The position numbers were made by a program, and so were the translations under genes. Shown in pieces: positions 1-34,836 of a stretch of DNA of 64,000 nucleotides. The stretch's first letter is position 1; the number at the start of each line of letters is the position of its first letter. The stretch lies in contig CAVNZM010000007.1 of NCBI GenBank assembly GCA_963693365.1, positions 3,717,962-3,781,961 of the forward strand, read 5' to 3'. The stretch comes from Amoebidium appalachense (Eukaryota; Protista; Ichthyosporea). The notes under the pieces are model-generated. The model did no database searches. It was not told where the DNA came from and saw nothing but the letters and a program-made list of their open reading frames with translations.

Positions 1-13277
<13,277 letters not shown>

Positions 13278-14142
13278 TGTAGTGGGTTCAAGAAACTTAA
13301 ATCTTAGCTCAACCAAGTCCTAATAATTGCTGGATACAATCATACATTATGTGATCAAGATCATGTATACCTCAAGGATCCATGATGATGTCGGGCTACA
13401 TCTCTGGTTTAGATTTCAAGCCAACCCTCAGCCCAGGGGAAAGGGGGGCTAAGTTCCCACAATTGAGCATGGAGGGGAAGGGGGACGGGGTGGCGGAGAC
13501 AGGGGGGAAAGAAAGAGGGAGAGTCGGACGAGAGGGGGGAGGGGCCCGGTATTAGATGATTAAAGAAGATGGCATGTCCCCACTGTACCCACAAGAATCG
13601 CCATATTTGGGTTTGTTGTGGAATTCTGCTGCCCATATTTGGCAATAAAATCAGCAAATTCTTTAATCCTGGAAAAAAGGCGGGCGCCCGTTTGTCTGTG
13701 TCTGACTCAGGGGCTTGTGTCTCCGTTGAAGCATTTCGTCCTTCTCATCGATCACCTTGCAAACATCTCATCTACAAAGATTAGCTAACGTGGCATTGTT
13801 TTTGGTTTACTCTTTATGAAATAGGTCGAAATTAGGTGTTTCTCATTAGTGGTGACGCCGCGCAACTCTGTAAATAGGGAACTGATATTAGACAGGGAAC
13901 GTGCTTGCTCCCTCCACATACACACAGTTTTTAGCTTCTTAGACGGGCTCCATCTCGTTCATTTTTTTGTATTTTGTGCAACCAGAAAGTAGATCAGATA
14001 CAGTGCATCTTTCTGTGGGGGGTGCGACAACCCCTTTGCTAAGTTTACGCAAGTGATTCTTGTTAGTTTATCTACTTGAGTGAGAGATACGGGTTGTTTG
14101 CAGGAACAAGAGAGGCCTTCGGACCGTTCAAAAACTAGGAAG

Positions 14143-21539
<7,397 letters not shown>

Positions 21540-22175
21540 TTGGCCGCGGCCGTTTTGGGGGGGGGGAAGGGGGGGGGGGGGGGGGGGGGGGGGGCAGGGG
21601 GGTTTGGGGTGGCGGCGTGGTGGTGTAGAAATTCACGATTCAGTTTTGGGGGTTTTGGGGTTTTGGAGATTTTTATGCTGAGGGTGGGCCCGGCGTGTAC
21701 GTGTGTGCGTCTTTTGTGTGTGTGTGTATGTGTCTTTTGTGTGTGTTGGTGGTTTTTTTTTGTTTTTTTTTTTTGGGGGGGGGGGGGGGGGTTGCAAGTC
21801 TTCGAATCTAGGTGTGCGAACAGCATTTGATGAGATTGTGGACTATGTACATGTCGATACGATATCTAAAGATCTTAACTAAACTATACAGCTTGGAGAA
21901 ACCTGCTGTACGGAAACTTCGAAGTTTACGATCACACCACACATATACTTAAATATATCTGCATATTAGGTCGATTTGTTTTGCTGAACTTTGGCTGGAA
22001 ACCGATACATACTGCAAATTGCACTGTTGATGTTAACTGTAAAAAACGTTTGCTTAGGAGGGCTAAGGTTGACTTAAAAACTTACAGTTTGTCCAATTTC
22101 AAGCGATTTCTAGTCACTGGTGACATCATTAGAGTGACACATTTGGTACATACTGTTTTCTGCAACAACAAAAAC

Positions 22176-22244
<69 letters not shown>

Positions 22245-22381
22245 AGCAACAACAAGAACCCACCCACCCACCACCCACCCCCACATACACGCGCGCGTGC
22301 ACACACACACACACACATCTGCACCCACCACCCAACCACATGCAAACGCACCCGCCCATTTATACACGCATGCACTCACGC

Positions 22382-22425
<44 letters not shown>

Positions 22426-22670
22426 GCACGCACATCTGCACCCACCACCCAACCACACGCAAACGCACCCGCCCATTTATACATGCACACACACACACAC
22501 CGCTCACCCAGTGCCTGCACTCAACACACCATTCACTAAGACCTAGCCGGCGGCCCCATACACTCGGACCCACACAACCAACACAGCATGCACGCCACTT
22601 TCTTCTAGGCCCTACCCTGCCAGTAGATATCTTGCAGGCTTGACAGGTGCCGACTATTAGTTGTAGCAGG

Positions 22671-22760
22671 CAAGGCCTCCTAATCTCCCGGCCGGGGGGG
22701 GGGGGGGGGGGGGGGGGGGGGAGGGGGATTAGGAGGCCTCCGGGAGATTACGAGGCCTTG
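22671..22760. mobile_element. Tiny MITE, hAT-like, with a poly-G core
   Basis: TIR CAAGGCCTCCTAATCTCCCGG / CCGGGAGATTACGAGGCCTTG (1 mismatch); flanks GTAGCAGG and CTAGCAGG fit an 8-bp TSD with one mismatch. Confidence 0.7.
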
Positions 22761-23533
22761 CTAGCAGGTAGAGCCCGTACGTGTTGGTTTGCTTTCGACG
22801 TGAATTAACCCCCCACTCCTACCCCCCCCTTCCCCCCTCCCCCTCGTGGCAAGTAAGAGGGTGTAGCGGGGTTTTTCCCTTGTCTTTCTCTTCTTTTTTT
22901 CTCTTCTTCTTCTTTTTTTTTTTTTGTTATGTGATGGTGGTGGGAGGGGACCGAGAGAGAGGGGGGGGTGATCCGGAGGATGCCTTCTACCTCCTCCTCG
23001 TGATCACTGTCGGGTAACTGGGATGGGGTGTTCAGTTTTCTTCTTCTTTTTCAGTTTTTTTTGGTGGTGGTACCGGTGTTTGGGGGGGGGGGGCGGACAG
23101 AGAAGAGTCGGTGAGAACGTCAGGGTTTCCTCCAGAAGGGTAGGGAGAGTATTTTGTTAGATTTACCCTCTCCCCCCCCTTCCCCGCCCCCCACCCCCCT
23201 CCGCCCCCCAGGGGGGAAAGTATTACTACTCCCCCTCCCCACACGCGGGCCGTGGCTTTGAATGTAAGACAGGGTGTGGGGATCCGTGGTGTATGTGTGT
23301 GTGGGTGGGTGGGTGGGTGAGTGAGTGTGCGGGTGTGTTGTGGTGGTGGCGTTGTGTGTGTGTGCGCGGTGGTGGAGGGGAGGGGGCGCCGGGGGGGAGG
23401 GGGATGACTCTGGCAGAGCTGAGGATAGGAATAGGGAGAAGGGGGGAGGAGGCTTTTGAAGTGGGCTATTTGGACTGATGGTGCGGGTAAGAACAAAAGG
23501 ATAGTGCGTGTGTGTGTGTGTGTTGGGATGGGG

Positions 23534-23591
<58 letters not shown>

Positions 23592-24202
23592 ATGCACAGC
23601 AGCAGTTGTCTATGCAAATCGTGTTTTTTAAATTTTTAATTAAAAAGAGGTATAGCTCAAGTCATTTGGGGAACCAGATGTTGAATGAGCTTTGTTTGCC
23701 CACCCACACACCTGGCGACACACAGTGCCACCCAAACTTTGCTAATGTTTGCAAATCTCTTGTGATATATTGAAAGTACAGTATATCACTACTATTGATG
23801 CCACCCGAATTTGCAGCTGATCATATTTGCGGATGTATCACAGTGAAAAATCTAAGCAGCACAAAAAGACTCTAGTAGTACAGCCATTCAACGCCTTGGG
23901 GCGGTTATTCAGTGTAATCTTTCATATCAGCATACGAACATAAATACGGCAATAAGAAAATACCCACATTAAAAGAACGGTGAAATGGAATATATTTGCT
24001 TTAAAAGAACTGTCAAAATGGAAAATATTTGCTTTAAAAAGAACGGTCAAAATGCCAAATACTATTCATTCATATCATTATTAAACAAAGTTATCTAAAA
24101 CACTGGTTCGGAAATACCAGCGGATTATCTCTAAATCCCATATTCTTCACCCCTCCCTCTCTCTCCCCCTCCCCCCCCCCCCCCCCCACAATACAGAAAC
24201 AT

Positions 24203-24973
24203 CTAGAACAATCCAGACGTGGATACCAAAAGGCCCAAAACCGTGATAACCGACCAATAAGAACCGATCCTTACGCCCTCAGACTTGTGCCCCTCACCAC
24301 CATTGGGGACCTCCGCCGTACCGGATTCATCCTTTTTCTCCGTCACAGCGATGACAGTTGTGGAATTAACCCCTCCTAGCGCGATCTGGAAAGTGCGATC
24401 GGGACCGAAAATCTCCACTGGGAGGGTCTCGTTTACGGGCGTAATCTCCCTTGTGGTGTTCCTGATCGTGAGCAAAGCCGTGCACTGATTGGACGAGGTG
24501 ATCTCAATCGCAGACGGTTTTCCCGATTGGACACTAATCACACCGTCAATGTTGCACCTGTCCCTATTGGTGCGTTGGCGGTAGTGTTCGGCCGTTATTT
24601 CCATTTTTGGCGATGTGACGGGGAGGCCGGTGACGTAGCGGGTGAGCTCGTCCAATGAGTGGTCGGCCCAGTATGAGAGGAGTGAAGTCACACCTCCCTT
24701 ATATGGGAAGAAGTGCAGGTTTGCCTGGTGGAACATGAAGGGGTCGGCGCGGTACTGCAGCCAGCCGATGGTTGTGGTCTGGGCCTGCCTGTGGGTGGGA
24801 AGAGATACAGGTGTTAGTAACGGGTGTCGTGTGTGACCCTTTTTCCGTGCAAAACATGGGTGTGGGTGGTGGTGTGGGTGTAACCCCGTGGGGGAGAGGA
24901 TCGGGATGGGGCGGTGGGGGGGGGGGGGGAGGTTGGGGGGGGGGAGACGGGGACGGGGGGAGCTGGGGAAGAG

Positions 24974-25011
<38 letters not shown>

Positions 25012-25265
25012 TTCAGATGTCCCGAAGCGCAAGGAAGGACCGGAGTGAGAAAGAGGAGATGGGGAGGCCTCCCACCCCGGGGGGGGGGGGGGGGGGGGGG
25101 GGGGATGGGGGATGGGGAAGGGGGGGGAGGGGGGGGGGGGGGGGGGGGACGGTGGTCCAACAGGCAGGTGCATTTGTGTGGTGAGGAAACTCGCAGGAGA
25201 AGAGTAGAGACCTGCTAAGGAGGGACGAATGGCTACGGGAAGGGGGAAGGGGGGGCGGGCGGGGG

Positions 25266-25306
<41 letters not shown>

Positions 25307-26642
25307 GCACCCTTTTTCTCTTGGATGGAGAGGTGGGGCGGGAAGGCGGGGATAATTGCGCTGGGGGGACAATAAAGGAAAGGGGGGGGGGGGGGGGGGG
25401 GGAGGGGGGGGGAGGGGGGAGCAACATACCTAAACATGGCCTCTTCGAGTGTGTAGGCACGCTGCTCGCAGGCAGGGCCAAAGCTCCACTGGCAGACCTT
25501 GTTGTTGTTGTAGAACTCCAGAAACTTTTCGACGGTGTGTGTGTTGAATGCAACATTCACGGCCCAGCGGGGGATAATGATAAGACCGTCCACACCATAC
25601 TCGGCAACGGTGGTGATGATACCGTGGTGGCAGGATTCCTGTGTAGGTGATTATTGTACGTTAATACTTGTGTAAGTTAAGATGCAAATGGAAGGTGTGG
25701 TAGGGTAGGTGATTATACCTGGCCTGTCCTAAGGTAAGAGGAGGATGGAAGGGCAGGTAAGTTAAGTAAGATGCAGATGGAAGGTGTGGTAGGGTAAGTG
25801 AATATACCTAGCCTGTCCTAAGGGAAGAGGAAGATGGAGGGACAGGGGGTGAGGGAGGGGAGAGAGGGGGGGAGGGGGGGGGGGGGGGGGGGGGGGGGAG
25901 AGATGGAGCTGGACAGAGTATGTTCTGTGGGGGAAGGGAACCCATCAATAAGATGTTAAAGAAGGTGTGGGGGAAACTGTGGGGTATTCACACATATTAC
26001 AGAAGCATCAGTCCGTGCTGTTGTGGGCGCGAAGCACGGAAAGAGGAACCCATGCACATGAAAGAAGGAGCAGGGGAAAAAGGAAACTTAACAATGTAAA
26101 AATGAGTACGAAAAAGGGGAAAGAAATGGTACACACATTGGACATGAGCTCCCGTCTTGAGTTGTCGCCCACCACGGCGCGGATTCCGCGGGCCCACATC
26201 CCCTGCATAAGCCTCACGTTTCCTGGGAACGGCTTGCCGCCGAACTTGTTCCACCAATTCCAGTTATAGCTCTTTGGGCGGAGACCGGAAATCTCAGGCG
26301 TAACCAGGCACGAAGGGGAATAAACCTTATCGGCAAGATCTGGTTGGTTGTAAAACATCTGGCCTGCGGGGGTGAACGCCTGATACTTAAACCCGGGATC
26401 CATTACCGTTGCGTTCACAGCCTCGCCACGTGCTAGCATCTGATTGGCTTTCAGCTCCGCGTCAATGCGATTGGCCGAGAGCGGGCAATTGTCCTTCTTA
26501 CCGCCGCATTCTGATTGGTCTAGCCAGTCCAGTTGCTGGTGGGTCCACGTGTGGGAGATCCAATTGAATTCGCCGAGGTGCTTGTTGGTCGCATCGTTAA
26601 GCCCAACACCGTAGCCTGTGCGTTTTTGAAGGGGAGGGGGGT

Positions 26643-26673
<31 letters not shown>

Positions 26674-27963
26674 GGAATAACAGCTGTGGTGAGCAGAAGA
26701 ACGGATCCACATATTAGGTTGCATTCACCTATACAATAGGATTAATGTAGGTGTCCTGAGAATTCTTTTGCGCAAGTCTTTGGCATTTTCGTGGAGATTT
26801 CGCTTCTGTTACGGAAATGAAGCAGAAAGCAGATGGGTCCGAGGGGCAGGGGGGGGGGGGGGGGGGGAGGGGGGGGGGGGGGGGGGGGGGGGGGGAGGGG
26901 GGGGGAGAGGGGGGGGGGGGGGGGGGGGGGAGGGGAGAGAAGGGGGGGGGGGGGGAGGGGGAGGGAGGGGAGGAGGGGGGAGGGGGGGATTCTCACCATC
27001 TCTCTCAAGAGCAAATGCACTGTGACCAGCACCGTTGAACGCCGGCTCAAACCGAATAAACGACCCCGGTGCGAGCTTATGTGACTGCGCCGCGTTGCGG
27101 GCCCACTGTACGGCATACTCAACATCCGTCCCGTTAATGCGGAACGTATCGGAGCTGTTGTAAACGTCCGTGGCCGCGAACCAATCATCGACGTGCATCT
27201 GCATGTAGATCCTACGCTGGCCCAAGTACACACCCTTTGTCACCCACTGGAACCAAACGTTGCCCAGAGCAAGAGACAACTTGGTGTACTCCCCGTGCTG
27301 CACGTATACGGGCATGTCTTTCAGCGGCATCTCACACCCATCGCAAAGCTCATTCGCGCCTGCGAAAAACGTAAAATGCATCTCCTCATGACCGTCCGGC
27401 ATTTTCGTTATAAAGGCAGCGACGGGGCCCTCGCCAACCCTACTAGTTCCCGTGGTATAACGCATGAAAGCGGTGGTGCGCGCGGTGTCGTAAATTTGCA
27501 CAGCCTTGGCTTCCTGTGCGTCAGCACTCACATCCCAGTAGCCCGTCACGTTCATAATATCACCGATTTGGGTGGCGAAAGTGCTATTGTCAAAAACGAC
27601 GTTCTCCGGACCCTCCCACGCCGTTGTGCTCACTCCTACCTCGGCCCCTGCGCGCGAGTTGAGAAATGCGATGCGTACGTTGTAGGTGGAGGCATAGTTG
27701 CGGATTTGAGAGAAGTCGCCATCGTTGAAAGAGTCGTCGGTGACAACAATAGAGTGCCACTTGGGTGTGGAGAGGTCTGGAACTCTGTTACTAAGTTCAA
27801 ACCTGGTACCATACCCGTCCAAAACCAAACGTGCAACTTGCTGGTCGTCTGGCGTAGTGTAGAGGACTAGTGTTTTGAGACCGATTGTGTAATCGGTTAC
27901 TGGGGATGCCAAAACGGTGTAGCCTGCCGTAAGGACGGCAAGCGTCCCAAATATGTAAAACAT
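24203..27963 (-). CDS. Agd3-like (carbohydrate esterase family 18) secreted or surface polysaccharide deacetylase; multi-exon
   Basis: Signal peptide MFYIFGTLAVLTAGYTVLA; motifs QWVTKGVYLGQRRIYMQMHVDDWF, FNWISHTWTHQQL, IIPRWAVNVAFN, MFHQANL resemble Agd3; hydrophobic C-terminal tail. The small exon near 26730-26805 could not be phased cleanly. Confidence 0.8.
25676..25845. repeat. ~88-bp intronic tandem duplication
   Basis: AAGATGCA.ATGGAAGGTGTGGTAGGGTA.GTGA.TATACCT.GCCTGTCCTAAGG.AAGAGGA.GATGGA occurs twice. Confidence 0.8.
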
Positions 27964-30219
27964 GGTTGTTTATGCCACTACTGAACTAGTAGCTGTGATA
28001 ATGTAAGCCTAGAGCTCTGTTTTTTCCCCTTTTGTTTGCTTTCTTTGTTTGCGTGGTTGTGCGATTGAAGGGAAGCTGAAACTACTGCACAGTGACAGTT
28101 GAGATTGCAGCTATTCTCGTCGCAGTATATTTTGTAATGGCGCAGCAATAAAAATACTGTTATGTGACTGCGACAGTTTAGTCGTAGGAGTTTTCCCGTG
28201 CTGATAAATGTTGGGGAGTAACACTTCTGCAGTAGCGCAGTATGTGCATCTCACTGGTGACAGCTTTCAAATCCCGGACGGAGCCGATTTATATACCTCC
28301 CAGTTATGTACCTCCTATACCTCTGACTTCTTACCTGTGGTATACTGAGTACTAATAAATTTTTATAGCGATTTTTAATTTGTGTTAATATCTTATGTTA
28401 GTAATAAACGTGTTATAAATGTCCCATTTAATTGCATTTTTTACATAACTTTGTTCAACATTTTATTGGATTTTCAAACCGAATATTCTAAAATATTAAG
28501 GATTTATGAACAGCTTAAAAGACTTCATAAAAGTTATACGTCATTGGGGATATTGATTTGTGCCCCCACTCTGTTTCAACTAGGGAGATAAACAAACAAT
28601 GAATTTGCCTTTTAAGGCTAAGCATGAGAGGCTAACAGCCAATCCGAATATCCGATCTAATAATAACCAATCAACTTCGCTCATGCATTTTTATCAGATT
28701 ACTCATGTTATTATCGGCGTAAGTACTCTTGATTGCTTATAGAGAGTTGCCGTACCATACCTAATAGTAAACACACATATTATACTATACAGCACTATAT
28801 CATCTGTTCATATATGCTTTATATGGTATAATATGGAACTGCTTATGTCCTCTCCACATTTGTACGGACTCGAAAAATTAATAGCACATGTGAATGATCA
28901 TATGATGATATGGCGCGTCAAATCTTGGACCTCACAAGCTGCTTCTGATTGGGCAAGCATTCGGACATTATATTGGTGGATCTATCAAGACTGGGATTGT
29001 GGAATTTCCTCTCAATTTCAATGCGAACCTCCTTGTGCGTGTGGTTGTGGTGGTGAACACGTGCGCCAGACCTTGTGTACAACCCTAAACAAAGGGTGTG
29101 CTTTTTGATCTCCACGGGTTGATGTACACCCACAAACCTGCTTCTCGTTATCTTTCAGCAAGGGCTGGCCATCTACACAATGCTAGTGGATCTTTGAAGA
29201 TCTAGACTTGGAAAGTTCAAACATCCTACTCATCCTACGTAGCTACTAGCTATAGTACACTAGCGAGGCCGACTTGTGTGGCTATAGTACTGTATAGGTC
29301 AACAGCCAATCCAATTGATGTTGTTTGAAAGTCGATGTTTCACTGAATAATCAGCTGTGCACGCATGGGGATGGCTTACAGACAAGGATTTGGAATATCG
29401 TAACTACCCAAGTATTGCGGTATTGACACGCGTTGCTAAAAACAAACAATACGTAAAATAAGGAGGATACAGTTTATTGTTTGTGAAATATAAAAGGAAG
29501 CCCGGGGAAGGGGGGGGGGGGGGGGGGGGGGGGGGAAGGCGGAAGGGGGAGGCACCCACTCTCAGACTCATGCTCCCCCGGAAGGAGGGGAGGGGGGAGT
29601 GGGGAGGCAGGGATTTATGCCGCGTGCCTGTATGATCATTTATGTAGCTGTTGAACTCCCCCCCCCCCCCCCCTCCCCCCCCCCCCCCCCCCCCCTCACC
29701 CCCCCCACCACGTCCGGTCGACCCTGCCTTCTAGAACCGTCTGAGAGAGGAAAGGACGGGAAGGGAGGGGGGGGGGAGTGGGGGGGGGGGATGGGGGGAT
29801 GGGAGGATGACGATATCGATGCGATGGGGGAGGAGGGGGAAGAAAGGTATCCACTTCACCCTCGTCATGCGCCACGGTATTGTGTAGTGCAATTCATAAT
29901 TCTTACGGTACTCTCCAACTCATGCGCGGGGACTTTAACAGTACATAAATGATGATACAGGCACAAAGCACGTGAATATGTCACTAGCCCAGAACACATG
30001 CACACACCCTCTTTATCGTCACAAAAACACAGACACATAAATGTAAAAACACACACACACACACACCAACACACACATACACACACAGTTACTCACAAAA
30101 ATCTCACCCGGTCACACACACACACACACACCTGCAACGGTAAACACACGCGCACACATAATCACATTCGCACAGTAGCACACGTGCGGAACACAAACGC
30201 GAGCACACACACAGTCACA

Positions 30220-30305
<86 letters not shown>

Positions 30306-30430
30306 CACACACACGCACGCACACACACGCATACATACACACGTCGTGCACACACATGTTTATATCATTCAGTCAATGACACACACGCACACACAAATTC
30401 AGATAATGAGAGAGAGAGGGGGGGGAGGGG

Positions 30431-30615
<185 letters not shown>

Positions 30616-30921
30616 GGGGGGGGGGGGAGGGGAGGGGGCAAATCAATATCACACATGCACCCAGTACACCAGCACAACGTCACACACACAGGTGCACCCA
30701 CCCACACAAACATACTGAGCTGTTGAACAGCCTGTACACACGTCCCATGGCCCACCGAACAGGAACACTATTATTATTAGAGCATGGGAACTGCCACAAA
30801 CACCACTACAGACAAATCCCCCCCCCCCCCCCCTCCCCCTTTTCTCGCCTGCCGCCCGGCCTCTGCTTAACCACGTGGCACGGGGCAACCAATTTCCTTA
30901 AAACAATATCGCACATCGGAA

Positions 30922-31255
30922 GCACTTTAAGCTTTTCCGGGACCTCTCTTCGTTTTTCTCTATATATCCCGTCTCCACTCTGCTTTTCTGCATGACTCCC
31001 TCCCTTCCTGCCAGGCCCTCTTCTCTCTGACGCACCGTGAGAGTTCCATGCATGCATGGCCAAACACGGTGCGCACATGAGCACGTGCGCACTTTAAGCT
31101 TTTCCGGGACCTCTCTTCGTTTTTCTCTATATATCCCGTCTCCCCTCGGCTTTTCTGCATGACTCCCTCCCTTCCTGCCGGGCCCTCTTCTCTCTGACGC
31201 ACCGTGAGAGTTCCATGCATGCATGGCCAAACACGGTGCGCACATGAGCACGTGC
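30922..31255. repeat. 167-bp direct tandem duplication
   Basis: 30922-31088 and 31089-31255 are nearly identical. Confidence 0.9.
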
Positions 31256-31607
31256 AGACACACACATACTCACCCAAGCACACGTGCACACACACACACA
31301 CACACGCATGCACGTGCACAGGCTCTTGTTATATGTGTGCATGCGCGAATATCTAACACTTGACACAGTCGCACGTGTGTGTGCAAAGCACCAGACAGAC
31401 ATAGAGCAGAAACTATACACACTGCGGCACGAATGAACCCGGATATAGTCAGAATGGCTACAAACTGTGAAGTTTTGTTTTGCCAAAACTGTAAGTGTAT
31501 CGTCGGTGTGGTACTATTTAACGTCCTTTTTTGTTTTGTTTTTGTCTTTTCGCAGGGTGGGGTTCTTTTTCGGGAGGAGGGGAGGGGGTAGGGAGGGGGA
31601 GCGTGCA

Positions 31608-31638
<31 letters not shown>

Positions 31639-32004
31639 TGCACATTAGTCACCACGTGATTTTGGTGTCTCCAAGTGAATGTTAAGTCGAAATCATTTCA
31701 GTCATCATGATTTACATTTTATTTAATATTCCAAGATTAATATGTGCGTACATCCGGGGATCTCAACCATAAAAAAAATGATGGGAGTATCGCCGTGCAC
31801 AGCTACGCATATCAGTCGCATGCATGTACAACTACTACTATCAAACACTTGCTGATAAGCCTATAAAGGATTAATTTGTCCTTCAGAATCGCACACAATA
31901 CTTAGCGATAAAACTATCATACTAGCCAGCTTAACCCAATTTTACTTTGGGTGAATAAAAACTTGCCATAAACTTAGTAGAAAACCGCACAGGGAGCTGT
32001 CCGT

Positions 32005-33004
32005 TTAAGCAACGACCTCTTCCTGGCTGACCGTGCTTGCAGCGGCCATACGACGGCGATAAATGAATGCGCCGGCAGCGAGAGCAACAACACCCGCACC
32101 CACACCGGCACCAACAACGGCGCCGACATTCACACCGCTTGCTGAAGGAGCAGCCGCCTTGGCTGCCGCAGACGCGCTTGGTGTGGACGTGACGACCAAA
32201 ATCTCCTCGGGAGCGGGATAGGTGGCAGAGGGCTCGGGTGGGACGGTGGTGGTGGTGGGAGGAGGAGAGACGGTGGTGGTGGTGGTGGGGGGGGGGAATG
32301 GTGGTGGTGGTAGGAGGGGGAGGAACGGTGGTGGTGGGAGGAGGAGGAGTGGTGGTGGTGGGAGGGGGAGGGACGGTGGTGGTGGTGGGAGGGGGCACCG
32401 TGGTGGTGGTGGGTGGAGGTGTGGTGGTGGTCGAAGGAGGCTCGGTGGTGGAGCTGGTTGGGGCGAGGTAACACTCTGGGCCCTGCACCTGAACGACAGA
32501 GTAGCGGTCGTTGTTGCCCAGAAGGAAGGCAGTGTTGGGGGTGGGGGACACGTTCAGCTTGCGTCTGATAGTAGCACAGTACGTGCCGGTGCTGCCGACA
32601 GCTGGCAGGGCAGTGGTCCACTGATCACCGTTGAACTCGTTGTCACCACCCATGGTTTCAGCAACGTAGCCTTCGTCGTTGGGGGCAGGCACCCATGAAC
32701 CCTCCTCGTCGCGAAGACCGGCATTTTCGTTGGTGAAGCAGCTCTCAAAGCGAGCGCCGAGAATGGTGAGGGGGTTGGGCGTGCCGCCGGCGGGGGAGCA
32801 CAGGGGGTCAGCGGTATCGATGGCAGTCTTGTAGCCGACAGTGTAACAGAAGGTGGTGGTGCCCGCCGCTTCATCATACTTGTATCCGTCGGTCTGGTAC
32901 TGAATGTCCCACTCGATATTTTTGCCTGTGCAGTCAACTGCTGCGTCCACCTGAACGGCGGCAAGGGCGGCAAGGGCACCGACGGTGACACTTCGGATAG
33001 GCAT
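32005..33004 (-). CDS. Single-exon type I membrane protein: signal peptide, Cys-containing ectodomain, Pro/Thr mucin-like stalk, TM helix
   Basis: ORF from 33004 MPIRSVTVGALAALAAVQVDA, (PPPTTTT)n stalk, apparent frameshift in the G homopolymer at ~32290, then VGAVVGAGVGAGVVALAAGAFIYRRR and stop at 32005. Confidence 0.75.
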
Positions 33005-33159
33005 TTTGAGAAAGTTATGTAAAATGAAGAGGGAAAGCAGTAGAGTTTCTGTCAGGTCAGAAATGGTACGCTTAAAGTGTTCTGCGTGTGTGCCTGAGGG
33101 TTTATTCTCTGAGGGTTAGTTGCTCGACAGCTACTGAAGACGTTTGGGTAAGCGAGGCG

Positions 33160-33335
33160 CGTTTTATATGTGCGCCGATCAAACCAATGGTACAGGCAGC
33201 CATGCGGCGAGCGATCTTGGGCTATGGGATCTATGATCTGATTGGATAACCTAAACAGCTCGAATGTGATTGGCTAAGTCTCAACAACGACCCGACCAAT
33301 CAGAGATGGGAGCCAGCTCCTTGCGTGACGTCACC
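33160..33335 (-). promoter_or_regulatory. Candidate core promoter of the membrane-protein gene
   Basis: TATAAAA on the minus strand at ~33162-33168, four CCAAT/ATTGG boxes at 33184-33300, palindromic TGACGTCA at 33326. Confidence 0.4.
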
Positions 33336-34085
33336 GGCAAACGTTTGATAGTTGTACAGGGAGCTAGCACTTCATATACCTTCCAAGAAAATGTTAGAGG
33401 AAAATAGGTTGGAAATAATTGATATTAGTTTTGCATGTACACCAGAACTTGGCTAATTCGCTCTTCTCTCCACTGCAGCGCAAGGTAGGACTATCCAAGT
33501 ATGATAGCAAATGCACACCGAGTGCAGCATTCTCAAGCCCACGGCTGTGGTTCATGAAAAGGCGCATGTGTTTGGGCCAGAGCTGGGCAGAGCCACGCAC
33601 GTAATCTTGCACGTAGCGGTCACAACTATTAAACGTTTGCTGGCACGTGGCCTGTGGGCATCTGGACGGCTGTAAGCCTAGGCCTGGTTGGCCCCATTTT
33701 TCCTCCCATAAAGCTTTCTAGAACGCGTAAAAGCTTCTTTGAATGAAGACCCGATACACACAAATGGGGCTGGGGTCAGAAGGTTTAATAGGTGCCTTAT
33801 TAACCTTTAATCCGCGGCGGATCTCACCGCAGAAGTCGTGAGCGTTACCACCACAAATCGCCCACTGGACGAAATCGCAGTTGGTTTTTAGTCTTGACCC
33901 CGTCATACAGGGCCGACCGGTCGATGGGACTCTAAACCAATTACATTACACATAACTCACGAAACATTACATACCACATGGAGCGCCTCGATCACTACTT
34001 TTAGAAACCACAGGGCCGCCTGATCACTATGGATACCAAGCCGATTACAAGTCACAGACGCTGCTACCAGCGATGGCGATTGGTT

Positions 34086-34225
34086 AGGGATTTTTGAATT
34101 TGAAAATGGGGGGGGGGGGGGGGGGGGAGGGTAGTAAATATCGACGTCCTCCCTGGTGGTACCCCCTCTCCCCCCCCCCCCCCCCTCCCCCCCCCCCTCC
34201 CCCAGGTAGCAGCAGGGGTGGGTGG

Positions 34226-34262
<37 letters not shown>

Positions 34263-34787
34263 GGGGGGGAGGGACCCACCTGGCCGACTGGGGTGGTGGG
34301 TCCCCCTCCCCCCTGCATGCGCGTGATCATGGTATTAAAGAGCCTCCGACGTTTCCACCCACCAAAGACGGTATTCACTTTGGCCACTAATGCATATCCC
34401 CCCCCCCCCCCCCCCTCCCCCTCCATACACACACACACACACTCACGTGCACACACACACACACACCTCACACACGCGTGCGCGCACTCATACATGCACA
34501 CACACACACACGCGCGCATGGGCGGCCGTACACGCACACGCACACACACATACACACACATGTATGTACACACACAGTGTCACACACACACACACGCGCG
34601 GGCGCGGGCGCGGGCGCGCGCGCACATACACACACAGACAAACACACACAGACACAAACGCGCGCGCGCGCGCCCACACACACACACACACAGACACAAA
34701 CGCGCGCGCGCATACACGCACACACGCGCGTGCGCGCGCCCGTACACACACACACACACGCATATGCACACCCACGCACACACAGTG

Positions 34788-34836
<49 letters not shown>

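Noticed and set aside
28382-29133. AT-rich ORFs between the Agd3-like and membrane-protein genes
   Set aside because: No recognisable domain or splice pattern.
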